From the human T2T-CHM13v2.0 reference genome, Homo sapiens, in NCBI RefSeq assembly GCF_009914755.1, contig NC_060940.1: 64,000 bases of DNA, one strand, 5' to 3'. A program made the translations under genes and the position numbers. Below are positions 42,353 through 56,444 of this stretch, piece by piece; positions within the stretch are counted from its first letter, which is position 1, and each line of letters begins with the position of its first letter. Under the pieces are notes generated by a model. That model made no database searches. It was not told the origin of the DNA and saw only the letters and a list, made by a program, of their open reading frames with translations.

Positions 42353-45288
42353 TGATTTATTTTTAGTCTCAGTTGAAATGGGGACCCTATGGCTCTGAGA
42401 AGTCAAGACCCACTGGTAAGTAAATGTCAGAGCTAGCTTTGAACTTCAGCATTCTTCCTACAGAGCTGATATCTCATGATGTGCTGTAGAGAGGGCTGGA
42501 TTTATAATCTAGAGAGGGCTGGATGTTGATTCTAAAACTAGTGCTTCAGTTCCAGCCTCATCACACACCACCCGGGAGAACTTTGCCAGTTGTCAACTTC
42601 CTTGGCCTCTGTCTCCTCATCTCTGAAAGCCATAAGATTCTGTAAAGAGGTGGGGGGGAAATTGGATGAGATGATAGATGTGGAGACAGTTTGCACAGCA
42701 GGACAGGCTATGCAGTGGGAAAGTACCACTGTAAGGAAGACTGGATGTATAGCTGCAGAAGGTCAGAGAAGACATAGAAAATCCTTTAACACCTGAGTGA
42801 AAACGATCCATGACAAATGAAGTTACTTCATTTAAAAAGAGCCTAGTCAGAGTTTTATCATATTCAAGAAATATCATTTATTGGCAATCTACTATCTGCA
42901 AAATCACTGTTCGAGTTTTTCTTTGTGATCCAGAGCAGTTTACATTGCAACCCTTATTCTAAAGGAACTCAAAATGGCATTGAGGAAAGCATTTTTCAAT
43001 CTGACCCATTTTTTGGAACCCAAGAGTTCAGAGCACTTTATATTACTCGACAGTTTATTTCCATGGAGGGAGTCTATAAATGCTTTATATTTATCCATGT
43101 TATGAATTAATGCATTTCTGAAGAAATCCACCCACCATGTGGCATGTTGATTCCCCTTTTCTCTCATTTCCCCCAAAACACCAAAGAAGGAGGGCCCTAT
43201 GAGGTTCAATGGTCTCCTTTAATGGTGCATTTAAAGTCGACATGCTGATGCCAAGTCTTTCTGTATTGTGCCGTCCCAACAGGGATGGCTTCTTAGCAGC
43301 GAATATGGGGTGAGTAATTTGAATCACCGCCATCAACCTGAAAAGCCAAAGTTGTTCCAGGATAACCCAAACCAGAACAAACCTCAGATATTTGCAGGTG
43401 AAAGAACGAGAATACGAATATATGTTGTGGGCTGGGAGAGCCAAAATGGCAAAGGAGTGGAAATAAATTAATGGGGGGAAATGATTGATGTGGAAGTAAG
43501 TCTCTCAATTGTACACCTGGATGCCACATTCTTACAAGCAGCCCAGTAGAGGCAGATATATAGGCTACAAAGACACGTGCTGTCAAGCAGCAAGCACTAC
43601 TTATTGTCTCTGTTTTCTCTCTAATTGATACGTGTCTTAGGAAAGCTTAGGTAATCACTTGGCAAAACACATCTTTATAAGACCATCTCTGTAAAAAAAA
43701 TAAAAGTATTAAAGTGACAGTGGCACAGAAAATCATAAGAAAATTTTTCCACGTTGAGACGAATCCTCCTGCCTCTTCTTGAGAATCCCTCCAAAGATAT
43801 CCTGTATGTCTGCCTTGTGAGAAAACACCCCCTTGGGTACAAACTGGTCAATATCAGGAAGGCAGCATGCTCATATCTCAGTCCCAATGCATGCCAAATC
43901 ACTAAGTGGATGGCATTTTCACAAAGTCAGAAAAGCGACAGTTTTATTCTCAAGGTTTTGTTACTATGTTTCATGATGTGCAAGCAATACTTTGGACAAT
44001 TTTATCCAGATGGTTTTGTCCAGGTAATTTTTGTCTGCAATATGTGAAATACGTGATATTCTACTATCAGATACTTTGGATTACTGTTTTTTAGTGGTGA
44101 GAATAAAAAGATACCTTCATTTTCCATTAAGTATTACATTTTATGAATATTTTCCCCACCTCTTCACTTGAATACCTTCCCACTGCAACACACACACCTA
44201 CACCTGTATTCCTTTTGATCCATAATTATAAGCTTTTGAAGGGATTATATCAAGATTACCTATTTTTAATACCATGTTAATAATTAGACAACTTGCCAAT
44301 GTTGAAGTTTGTTAAGGTCCTCTCCATCACAATTCCTGAGCTAATTACTAGAATATCAGTCAGTAGGTTCTAAATCAAAAACTCTGGGCGTGTGCCTAGA
44401 TGGAAATCTGAATTTTTAATAGGCAGATGAGTTGATCTTTATTAATAGTAGTTTGAAAACTAACACAGTTCAAGCAAAAACAAATTCTCATACAGTTGAG
44501 CACTGGGACTAAAATATTTTTTTAAAAACTTGGTCACTGGATGAAATCTAAGTTCTTGGCTTTCTCTTAAAGAGTACTTTAAAGGTTAGAAATCCACAAC
44601 AGTGGCTACCTGGTTATGTAATTCCAAATTCATTCCTCTTCTAAGACATACAATGGCACTCAAGAGACCTGAAAAAGTTAGTTCTTCTTCAAAGAGTGCA
44701 TGTTTAACCAACTTCTCAAACCAGGTGACCATTATTATGTTCACTTTCAAAAGTACGGAACAATTTGAACCTGTAGAAATGTATCCAAAGGAACTTAATC
44801 TTTTATTTTGTGGTAGGTACACAATAAAAGTTTTCTTCATTGAATGAATTAGTCAAGAACTCATTCTCATAATGCAGGAGAATGAAATGGGAAGGGGTGA
44901 GGGGTGGCATAGCTCTAGGAGACTGGCATGATTACAGATTTGGGTAATTCCCAGGATCCAGTAGCCTGGGGCAGACTTAGACAATTAGATAGAAGGATCA
45001 GGAGTGGAATGGAATATGGCAAGAAATGTATGTGCATGCAGTGAAAGCGGGCAGAAAACAAAACTCATTGATTCATTAAATGAATATTTTATGGAATACT
45101 TACTGTATGCCAGGCACTGTGCTGCTGAGGAAGGCCAAGTTGACAGAGTAACTGGCCATCCCAGGATTTCCACAATTGAGGAGTGTCCTTAGAGGTGGGA
45201 CTTTCATACTAAAGCCAGGGAAATGCCAAGCAACCCAACCTGAGTCAATCATCTTGAACTTGAAGAAGTGCTGTGATTTTAATAGGTT

Positions 45289-46132
<844 letters not shown>

Positions 46133-46273
46133 GTGCTAACAAGAGTGATGAATAGTATGGGTGCTAAGGGGTCACGAAACAGGCCGTCCGACTATCTGCA
46201 GCAAGGGGACAGGAAGTATAGGGGTTGGGGGAGAGTTAGGCCTAGCTCACTCATGACCTAAATTAGTTACTGG

Positions 46274-46821
46274 TGTTACCGAAAATGGGTTTGGATCCAG
46301 ACTCTAAGACAGGGTTCTTGGATCTCAAGCAAGAAGTAATTTAGGGCAAATCCACAGAGTAAAGTGAAAGAAAGTTTCTTAGGAAAGTGAAGGAATAAAG
46401 GAATGGCTACCTCATAGGCAGAGCAGCAACAAGGGCTGCTGGTTGCCTGTTTTTATGATTATTTCTTGATGATATGCTAAACAAGGGGAGGATTATTTAT
46501 GCCTTCCCTTTTTAGACCATGTAGGGTAACTTCCTGACGTTGCCTTGTATTTGTAAACTGTCATGGCACTGGTGGGAGTGTAGCAGTGAGGACAACCAGA
46601 GGTCATTCCCATTGCCATCTTGGTATTGGTGGATCTTGGCTTCTTTACTGCAACCTGTTTTATGAGCAAGGTCTTTATGACCTGTATCTTGTGCTGACCT
46701 CCTGTCTCATCCTGTGGCTTAGAATTCCTTACTATCTGGGAATGCAGCCCAGTAGGTCTTAGCCTCCTTTTACGCAGCCCCTATTCAATATGGAGTTGCC
46801 CTTGTTCACATGCCTTTGACA
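46274..46821 (-). mobile_element. MER41A solo LTR
   Basis: Homologous end to end with 2792-3344; TG..CA termini. Confidence 0.88.
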
Positions 46822-47001
46822 CAAGAGTGAGCCAGGGAAAGAGAGACATTCAAAGGAGAGGTAACAGCACTTCTGGGGACCTGGGGGATCACAAGCATTA
46901 GGAAAACCAGAAGAAAAAAGGGGAAGGGGTGGACAGAGAGTGGCACAGAATGAAGCCACAGAGATGGGCAGTGTCCACTGTCTCTAGGGTCTTGTAGGGC
47001 A

Positions 47002-48029
47002 TGTGTAAGCTTTCCACTGATGCTGCATCAAATGATCACAAATCATTGATTTAAAACCATGCAAATTTTCTGTCTTACAGTTCTGGAAGTTAAAAGTCTA
47101 ACATGGGTCTTACTGAGCTAAAATCAAGGTGTCAATGGGGCAGCATTCCTTCTGAACTCTCTATGGGAAAGAACCTGTTTCCTTGCTTTTTTTTGGCCAC
47201 TAGAGGCTGCCTACATTCCTTGGCTTGTGGCGTCCTTCCATTTTCAAAGCCGACAATGGCAGGTTGAGTCTCTTTCACATCAAATCCCTCTGATACTGAC
47301 TCTTCTTTTACCTCGTTCTTCTCCATCTTGTATAGGAGATGAGTAAAAGGAGGTTGAGACTTCCTGGGCGGCATTCATAGGAAGTTAGGGATTCCTAGCC
47401 TCTAGATATTTACAGTTAAGGGAACAGATTAATAATGTTTACTAAACAGACCCAGGCTCAGAATGTCCTGATATCCCCATATCTTGAAAACAAAAGGATT
47501 CCTAATTTTGCTTTAAAGATAATAATGCTGATTCTTGCAAAATATAGTAATTAAGAAAATTAATCCTTTATCACAAACCCTGATAGTAAAGCACATCTTC
47601 CCATTTTTTTTTTGTTATGCTGTATATAAACAAGCATTGTACATAGGGTGGCTGGTTTCCTCCTCTTACATTATGAATGTCCTACTCTGTCTATGGAGTA
47701 GCTGTTATTTCACCACTTTACTTTCTAAATAAACTTGCTTTTGGTTTGCATTGTGGGCTCTCCCTGAATTCTTTCTTACACAAAATCCAAGAACCGTTTA
47801 TTGGAGTCCAAATCAGGACTGCTTTCTGGTGACACTTTTAACGATTCTCGTGATTCCACTGAACCCACCTGGATCATTCAGAATAATTTCTTGCGTAAGG
47901 TCAACTGATTAGCAACCTTAATTCCATCTACAACCTTAATTCTCCTTTGCAATAAAACATAAAATACTTACAGGTTCCAGGAAGTAGCATGTGGACACTG
48001 TTGGGGGGCCTATTATTCTGCCTAGCACA
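47002..48029 (-). mobile_element. MLT1D-like MaLR LTR split by a MER41-family LTR
   Basis: ttacagttctggaag..aaaatcaaggtgtc..attctgcctagcaca; 5-bp TSD GGGCA. Confidence 0.82.
47321..47834 (+). mobile_element. MER41-family LTR (non-A subfamily), lacking ~25 bp at 5' end
   Basis: ctccatcttgtatagg..aaataaacttgctttt..ctgaattctttctt..tgaca. Confidence 0.75.
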
Positions 48030-48610
48030 GGGCACAGTAAGGATTTTGTGCAAATTCAAACAGGAATTGGCAAACTATCAAAGCCCTGCTTTGAAGGGGA
48101 GTGATGGTGGTCAATTTGCATTTCAAAGGATCACTCTGCTGCAATGTGGGAATGGAGGCAAGCTTGTGTAAGGGATTATCAGTTGGGAAGCTGTTGCAGA
48201 GCTCCTGGGGAGAGATGGCGGTGGTCTGGACTAGGATGGCACCACGAAGATGGACATGTGGAAATGCATTCTGGCTATATTAAACAGGGAGAATTGACAT
48301 GAATTAGAGATAGATTAAAAACAAGTAGAAACGAAGGATCCCATGTTTTGCCATGGCAATCTTTTCACATTGAATGAATACAAAACGTCAAGGTGCTTAG
48401 CATAGACTAGCCCATGAATGGCACATAACAGAAACAACCTTGATAAGGTTCCTGTCTCTAAATTTAAAGATGTGCACAGCAACCTCACGAGATTCAAGGT
48501 TGAGGCATTGAGGGTAGAAGAAGTAATGAAGTTAGGTAGGTTTTGCTGAGTGGCATCCACGTGGATGTCTATTAGAGAGTTAGGTATACATATCTGAGGT
48601 TCAGAATGCA
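48030..48610 (-). mobile_element. L2 fragment interrupted by an inverted duplication
   Basis: tttcaaaggatcactctg..gagatggcggtggtctggactagg; resumes ggcatccacgtggatgtc. Confidence 0.6.
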
Positions 48611-48851
48611 CATTCCTGTCCATTTCTTCCAAATATAACCTTTATTCCTCTAAATGCTTTTTGTGAAATGTGTTTGGTATTTGATAAATCTCTTCGGTGC
48701 GTATCTCCAAATTTGGAGATAGGAACCTTATCAAGGTTATTTCTGTTATATGCCACTCACAAGCTCGTCTATGCTAATCACCTTGACATTTTGTATTCAT
48801 TTGGTGTGAGAGGAATGCTTTATCCTACATTGATGGGGACACTTGTTTCTA
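48326..48851. repeat. Non-Alu inverted repeat: arms 48326-48477 and 48697-48851
   Basis: Core 122 bp with 21 mismatches by hand count; also visible as similar peptides in opposite-strand ORFs. Confidence 0.93.
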
Positions 48852-50085
48852 ATGAGAAATCTGATGAAATCAGGTGCTTTGAATACAGATCATCTCCAAA
48901 CTTCTGTCGCTTTATATTTTTTCTGAAGTTTGTCTCCTCCCTTTAGGAGACCATGGTTTTTGATACGAAACTCCATCTGATAGTCATTTCTGATAAGGAT
49001 TTTACTTTTAAATCCATCAAAAGGGAGGAGAAGTGACAATTTAAAGTGGGCAGATGGAAAAATGAGTCTCTTGGTCTTTCTTTATTTCTTATACCCCTCT
49101 TCCTCTCTGTTCTTTTCACAAAAGATAGTCTCATCAGAAATTCGGGGAAAAATGGCTTTTCATTCTTATTCTCATTTTCTGACATTCTTACTCTACAGTC
49201 ATTATTAATGTAGAAAACTCTGTCTATTAGGTAATCTGTGTCTTCCCCTACCCTGGTGGTATTTCATTATCATTTAAATATGCCACCCACTGCTCCTTCT
49301 CAAACCTTTTGAATAGAGGGTCATTAGTAGATTTTTCCCCCTAAATTATGCTCAGCAGTTGTTAAAGGAAGATAGTCTTCAGGGAAGTTCTTTCTACATT
49401 GAAGAACTGAAGTGAGGATTTGCGATAATTATCTGGATAACTCAGCCTCTTCTTATCCCTCCTGAGGTGGAACATATTTCCTGTTCTCTTTCATTCCTTC
49501 CTTCTTTCATTTCTTATGGATTATCTTTGCCACAAACAACAACAATAATAACCAAAACAAAACCAAATAAGGTATTCATGTTTCCATGCTTCCTATAGAT
49601 GTAGAAAGTTTTTAAAAAGTGTTTTTTGAATTGCTAGCTACTGTTTAAAAATTAATACAAATGCATGTCAAACTTCCTATGAGACATTTTAAAGCAGGAC
49701 TCGTCTTGAGATTTGAATCAGTCGTCTTTCTCAGTCATTTTGGGGGATTAATTCTGTGTTTTCCATGCATAATATTCCCTTTGGATTAAGGATTACTATG
49801 AACCTGGGCTTTGTCTTCATCCTTAAGAATCACCATCCCCTGAGAATTAAAGATGATGCTTCTCATGTAAATTGCTTGAGGTTTTCACGAGTCTCTGGCT
49901 GTTACAAATGTCAGCTGAGCACAGTCTAATTCTAATCTTAGCAGAGTAACCTCTCCTGGGCATCGGAGACTGTGATGAAAGGAGGTAATCAGTCCTTCTT
50001 CATCTCTATTTCTCGTACCCAGTGCCACCTGATATGCATCATGGAAACTGTTGTTGGAGGATCAATGTCTAGGAGAGGCACTGCT

Positions 50086-50309
50086 TGATCTTATGCAACC
50101 TCCACCTCCCGGGTTCAAATGATTCTCATGCCTCAGTAGCTAGGATTACAGGTGCCTGCTGCCACACCCGGCTAATTTTTATATTTTTAGTAGACACGGG
50201 GTTTCACCATGTTGGCCAGGATGGTCTCTAACTCTGAGCCTCAAGTGATCCACCCACCTTGGCCTCCCAAAATGCTGCAATTACAAGCATGAGCCACCAT
50301 GCCCGGCCT
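50086..50309 (-). mobile_element. Partial AluS lacking 3' end
   Basis: Reverse Alu left arm plus part of right arm. Confidence 0.88.
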
Positions 50310-50349
50310 GGTATTATACAATTACACAATCTTTCCTTCTCTCTTCTTC

Positions 50350-50652
50350 TTTTTTCTTTTTTTTCTTTTTTTTTTTTGAGACAGAGTCTCTATCGCCCAG
50401 GCTGGAGTGCAGTGGCACAATCTCAGCGCACTGCATGCTCTGCCTCCCGGGTTCACGCCATTCTCCTGCCTCAGCCTCCTGAGTAGCTGGGACTATAGGT
50501 ACCCACCACTGCGCCCGGCTAATTTTTTGTATTTTTAGTAGAGACGGCGTTTCAGCGTGTTAGCCAGGATGGTTTCCATCTCCTGACCTCGTGATTTGCC
50601 TGCCTCGGCCTCCCAAAGTGCTGGGATTACAGGCGTGAGCCACCGAGCCCGG
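50350..50652 (-). mobile_element. AluY
   Basis: cccgggttcacgccattctcc; gtgttagccaggatgg. Confidence 0.92.
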
Positions 50653-50923
50653 TTTTTTTTTTTTTTTTTTTTTGAGACTGCTCTGTCGCCAAGGCTGGAG
50701 TGCAGTGATATGATCTCGGCTTACTGCAACCTCCACCACCTGGGTTCAAGCGATTCTCCTGCCTCAGCCTCCCGAGTGGCTAGGATTATAGGCATGTGCC
50801 ACCATGCTCCACTAATTTTTCTATTTTTAGTAGACACGAGGTTTCACCAGGTTGGCCAGGCTGGTCTTGAATTTCTGGCCTCCCAAAGGGAGGATTACAG
50901 GTGTGAGCCACCGAGCCCGGCCT
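50653..50923 (-). mobile_element. AluS with ~30-bp left-arm deletion
   Basis: gaatttct joined directly to ggcctcccaaag. Confidence 0.9.
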
Positions 50924-51116
50924 GGTCTTACAGAATCTTTGTGAGCATCAAGTCTGTCATTTGTAAAACAAGAACAATATATGGCGGCTTTTAGGGTGTT
51001 ATGATGATACAGTAGGATGAGATGTTTGGAAGAGCAAGACACTAGATTCTTGTGAAGCAAAGCATTCTCCTGTTTGCCACTTCCTTGTTCTCTCCTAGGT
51101 AGACTTAAACAGCTCC

Positions 51117-51535
51117 TGCTGCAGAGTAGATGAATCCCCACATTGGCGCTGCGTCCAGGAGGGTTCTTGGCTTTACCCAGAAGAGAATTCAAGGGTGAGC
51201 CAGGTGTGTTAAACAGTAACTTTTATTGAAGCAACTGCGTACTGCTCCTTACAGAGCAGGGCTCCCCCTATAGGCAGTGTGCCCAGAGGCAGTTCTGCAG
51301 CAATATTTATGCCCACTTTTAATTACATGGAAATTAAGGGGCAGATGATACAGACATTTCTAGGAAATGGGTGGTCATTTCCAGGTGTTGCCATGGCAGT
51401 GGTAAACCGACATGGCAGGCTGGTGTGCATGTCTAATGGAAAGCTGCTTCTCCCCCAGCCCTGTTTTAGCGAGTCCTCTATCCGACCTGGTATGGGAATC
51501 CCCACATCCAGAGTCAGTTGCCACCTCCTACCTCA
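51117..51535 (-). mobile_element. MER66-like ERV1 solo LTR
   Basis: rc tgaggtaggagg..gctaaaacagggc..gaagcagctttcc. Confidence 0.75.
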
Positions 51536-51673
51536 CTTCCATCATCCTTTATACTTACTCGGTCCCAGCTACATGGCAGACATAATCCTAGGTGTGAGGA
51601 TGTGTTGGGAGCAAACTCGAGTTTCTCCCTTCATGGAGCTTACATTCTAAAAGAGGGATCAGATGTTGACACA

Positions 51674-52144
51674 TGTGAACCCATACAATCTAAGACTGGT
51701 CTCAGTTAATTTAGAAAGTTTATTTTGCCAAGGTTGAGGATGTGTGCCTGTGACACGGCCTCAGGAGGTCCTGACGACATGTGCGCAAGGTGGTTGGGGC
51801 ACAGCTTGGTTTTCTACATTTTAGGGAAACATAAGACATCAATCAATACATGTAAGAAATACGTTGGTTTGGTCTGGAAAGGCAGGACAACTCGAAACAA
51901 AGGCAGGAAGACTCAAAGCGGGGAGGGGGATTCCAGGTCACAGATAGGTGGGATACAAAGTGGTTGTGTTGTTGAGTTTCTGATTAGCCTTTCCAAAGGA
52001 GGCAATCAGGTATGCATTTATCTCAGTGAGCAGAGGGATGACTTTGAATAGAATGGGAGGCAGGTTGGCCCTAAGCATTTCCCAGCTTGACTTTTCCCTT
52101 TAGCTTAGTAATTTGGGGGGCCCAAGGTATTTTCCTTTCCAACA
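51674..52144 (-). mobile_element. MER4A1 solo LTR
   Basis: ctcagttaatttagaaagtttattttgccaagg..cagcttgacttttccctttagcttag; TSD caca/cata. Confidence 0.85.
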
Positions 52145-52250
52145 CATATGCAAGTGAATACTTATTATATATAGTGCCAATAATGAGCCCAAAACAAGCA
52201 ATCCATCTGAGAGAATAGAAGCGGCCAGAAGGTACTGCTGTAGATAGTGT

Positions 52251-52653
52251 TGTTAAATTTAACTATATTTGGCCTGAGGATGCCTCTGTGACTGAGTCCT
52301 TAGTTAACAAACTACAGCCTAATTTAGTATGTGAACTAAGTGAAAGCCTAACTTGGGAATGTGAGTCTGTAACAGGTTGCTGAGTCTCAGCCAATCACGG
52401 CAGCTCAGCTTCAGATAATCCCAGGCGGCCAAGGGATCAGGTACTGTTCCAACGAGGCAAGGCTGATCTGTAACTAATCAAGGTGCTTCCCTACCTCACT
52501 TCTGTTTTCTGTCCATAAAGGCTGACTGCCTGTGTTGAGGAGTGGAGCTCTCTGAAACTCTTCTGGTTCCGATGGCAGCCTGATTCTCGAATTGTTCCTT
52601 GCTCAATTAAACTCTGTTAGATTTAATTTGTCTATAGTTTTTTTATTTTAACA
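52251..52653 (+). mobile_element. MER57-like solo LTR
   Basis: tgttaaa..tttggcctgagg..ctcaattaaactctgtt..ttaaca; 4-bp TSD GTGT. Confidence 0.82.
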
Positions 52654-54434
52654 GTGTCTTGATAATGCCTCAAGAAATGCCTTTTTGAGGTTATGATGTT
52701 GGAGCAGAGAGTTGAAATAACTTCGTAATTGAGGCTTGTCTTGGGATGGTTGATGTTAGTCATGTCAAACGCTGGATCTCTCATATATTACCAGAATAAC
52801 CTCTTGACAAGACAGAGTTTTCTGTTTAACTGAATTATGGGAGAGCACTACCTCAACAGAGTCTTGGTGGTGTTCCAGGAGGATGGGCAAATTCAGGATA
52901 TTTATTGAGATTTCAATGTGTGTTGTAAGGTGGGTCTTTCCATGTACAGCCTTGTTTACATTGAATAAAGATCATGATATTATAGTTTAGAATAGATGGA
53001 CAGAGCAAGGCAAGGATATTGGGCTGAGGAGTTCAAAGAATCTTAGGGTGAAAGTGGCCATTTGATGCTTTCTCTTCAAGAGTAAGTGGGTCTCTGAAGA
53101 AGTTCCTGGAATGGGCAATAAAGCCATTTGGACTTTTAACTTTCTGGCCAAGAGTTTCCTGGAATAGTAAAGTGATGTGAAGAAGAGAGTCAACTAGGGA
53201 AGTCATGGTAATGTAGACAGTGAACGGGAGATGGTTCTCATCCTCAACCACCATCATCATCATTGTCTCTCCTCTTTACTGGGGGCTTCATGTGTGCTGC
53301 ATACTATGCTTGGTTCTAAAGATACAGCTGTGAACAAACAGGCATGTTCCTTTCTTCTCATTTGGCTTATAATCTACCCGTGAAGGTAGATGCTAAACAA
53401 ATGGTTGCATGAGTTAATTACAAATGCAATAGTTGCTGTGAAAAGAATGTTCTTCACTATGACAGTGTAGTGTCAATCATGGGGCGCTGTGGAGGCCTGG
53501 GAGTAACTGAGAGAGGCTTTGCATCTTGCATATGCATAGATGCTAGCTGGGTGAAGGACGCAAGAGACGGTTGGGTGAAGGAGACTGAAGTTTATCTTAG
53601 AGCAAGGAGAAACAAAATGTCCCTGTATATCAACAATTATTATATCCTATGTTCACAGAGAACTTGACACAAATAATATCATAAGACACATTCACAGTAC
53701 ACAGTGACAGTGCTTGGAAACATCAAAATTGACAGTCTACCTGCGACTGCCTGGCCCATTCCTCTAACTAAACAGCAGTTGTTTGTTGAAAGAATGAGTG
53801 AATGTTGAATTAATCAACACCATTTAGTTCCTCAGTGACCTCCAACAGCTCATTTGCTCATGCAGATCATACAGAAACTGGTGAGAAGACATGTTTGCAT
53901 CTCAGCCTAGCTTACTCCTGAATACAAGAAAGCAGGAAAACAGGCCTTCAGGCGTGAAAGTGGGTGGTGGAAACCCAGCCCGTTCATACCTCTTGGTCAA
54001 GTTTAGCTATCCTAAGTGTGGGAGGCAGAGAAGGGGAAAGAGGCAGGAGTGCTCTGAGGGAGGTTATAGCTTTATGGGTTTGTGTGGTTTGAGGTCTTTG
54101 CTCTTGGTTTTGAGCACTGTAGGAGAGGAGATAGGCTTGTGATAAAATGTGGGGCACATGTGGGGTCAGGCCATCCAGGTTCACACTCCAGCTCCACTGT
54201 TTAGGAGCTGTGTAAACTCAGGCAAATCATTTAGTTCCTTCTTGTCTATTTGTCTCCTCTGTAAAAGAGAGATGGTATAGATGACACCATATGCTTCTTG
54301 GAGAATTGAATGAGATACTTCAGTAGAAAGCACTTATACAGAGACTTATATGGCATTTCTATGGCAAATGCTGCCCTTACGTCAGGGGAAATCTCTTTGC
54401 CCTGTTGTAGTCCTACTCATGCTTGGTGAGATGG

Positions 54435-54837
54435 TATATCAGCCTGTTCTTGCACTGCTATAAGGAAATACCTGAGACGGGGTAATTTATAAAGAAATGA
54501 GCATTAATTGGATCATGGTTCTGCACGCTGTACAGGAAAGATGGCAGAATCTGCATCTGGGGAGGCCTCAGGGAGCTTTTACTCATGACGGAAGGCAAAG
54601 CAGGAGGAGGCATCTCAGAGCAGGAGCAGGACTGAGGGTGGGGAGCGTGCCACGTTCTTTTAAACAACCGGATGTCCCGAGAACTCTCTCAGGAGACAGC
54701 ACCAAGGGGATGGTGCTAACCATTCATGAAGGATCCACACCCTTGATCCCATCACCTCCCATCAGGCCCCACCTCCAACACTGGGGATTACAACTGAACG
54801 TGAGATTTGGACGGAGACACAGATCCAAACCATATCA
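54435..54837 (-). mobile_element. MSTA-like MaLR solo LTR
   Basis: 5-bp TSD GATGG; acagatccaaaccatatca end. Confidence 0.9.
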
Positions 54838-56119
54838 GATGGCAACCCAGGAAAAGCAGATTTCAGGTGTACTATGCTTTTCTGGGGATAGAGATGGACA
54901 GAGGCAGATTTGCTCATTTTTGGAAGTCAAGCGCTTCAAAAGAAATTCTTATCTTGAGATTTGATTCCTGATTTTATCAGGATCTTACAGCAGACTTCTT
55001 CATGGAAAAGAATAACTGTTGGCTAGGCGAGCTGATGCTGTGCCGTGGGTTGCTATCTCTTTCAAATTCCTATCTGCAGTAACCTCTGTCTCTCTGAGGT
55101 TGAACCAAACACATACTTATTTTGAGCTGAATTTTAGACAGGTTTAGAGCAGCCAGAAAAAAAGCAGAAAAGTGCCCTTCAGAACTCAAAGCAGATAAAA
55201 CTTTCTGTTATCCCTTACCTAGCCGACGACTTGAGTGTAGAATTCACTCAGCTGATAAGGAGGCTGACATTTTACCTCTTAGAAGTTTTGTCAGATAAAA
55301 GATGTGCAAGCCATGTTTACCATCCACTCTGTGTTTCAAACTTTTGATAATAGATTTAAAGAAAAAATCATCGAGATACGAATATTGTGGTAAAATAAAG
55401 CTACCCCATAGAATTAAAATAATGAGGATCAAAGAAAGGCTCAAATTGTTCAACATCCTTTAAAAGGATCCCTTTGAGAAAAGCTGACTTCTTGACCTAT
55501 GTCATTAGTGGTTGGTAAACAATTTGCATGGCTTACTAGGATTACACTAATGTTCCTGACTCCAGCTCCAGCTTGCAGAGAGTGCAGGTACAGTCCTATT
55601 GAGAACACATCTTCATCTCTAGAGAGCAAACCTGGCATTAACAATGGGAGCTAAATAGAAAATCATGGCATTTCCCATGAAAAAAAGAGTAACATTAAGT
55701 GCTGGGCTAATTGTCAAGTGGAGGGTTGGATATCTTCTCCATTTTTCCCCATGGTTTTCCAATACTTTATAGGAAAAATGATTAATAAGATATCCAACTC
55801 CAAGAATTCAGAGGTCCAAGGAGATAAGAAAGGAAGGCAAGTTGGTTTAGAACTCGTGTCTTCTACAGGGGATGCCATGGGGGGCAGTGGTGAGCTTAAC
55901 TGCTGGAGATTTCCATGGTGAATGTGCGTGTCTCTCCTTGGCAAAACATGTAGAAAAGAGACTTTTACTATTAATTACTTTGGTACGCTCAAGTATCCTT
56001 CTCAAAGCCCTTAAAATTTCAAAAAGTCCTAGGTTTGTGAAAAATCATGCAATTGATATTGGATTCAATTTATTTGTGGCGTATAGACAAAAATTCAGAT
56101 GAAGAAATCGTAAAAAATA

Positions 56120-56444
<325 letters not shown>

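Noticed and set aside
48315-48946. Two similar peptides on opposite strands suggesting a paralogous gene pair
   Set aside because: Explained by the DNA-level inverted duplication; there is no coding signature.
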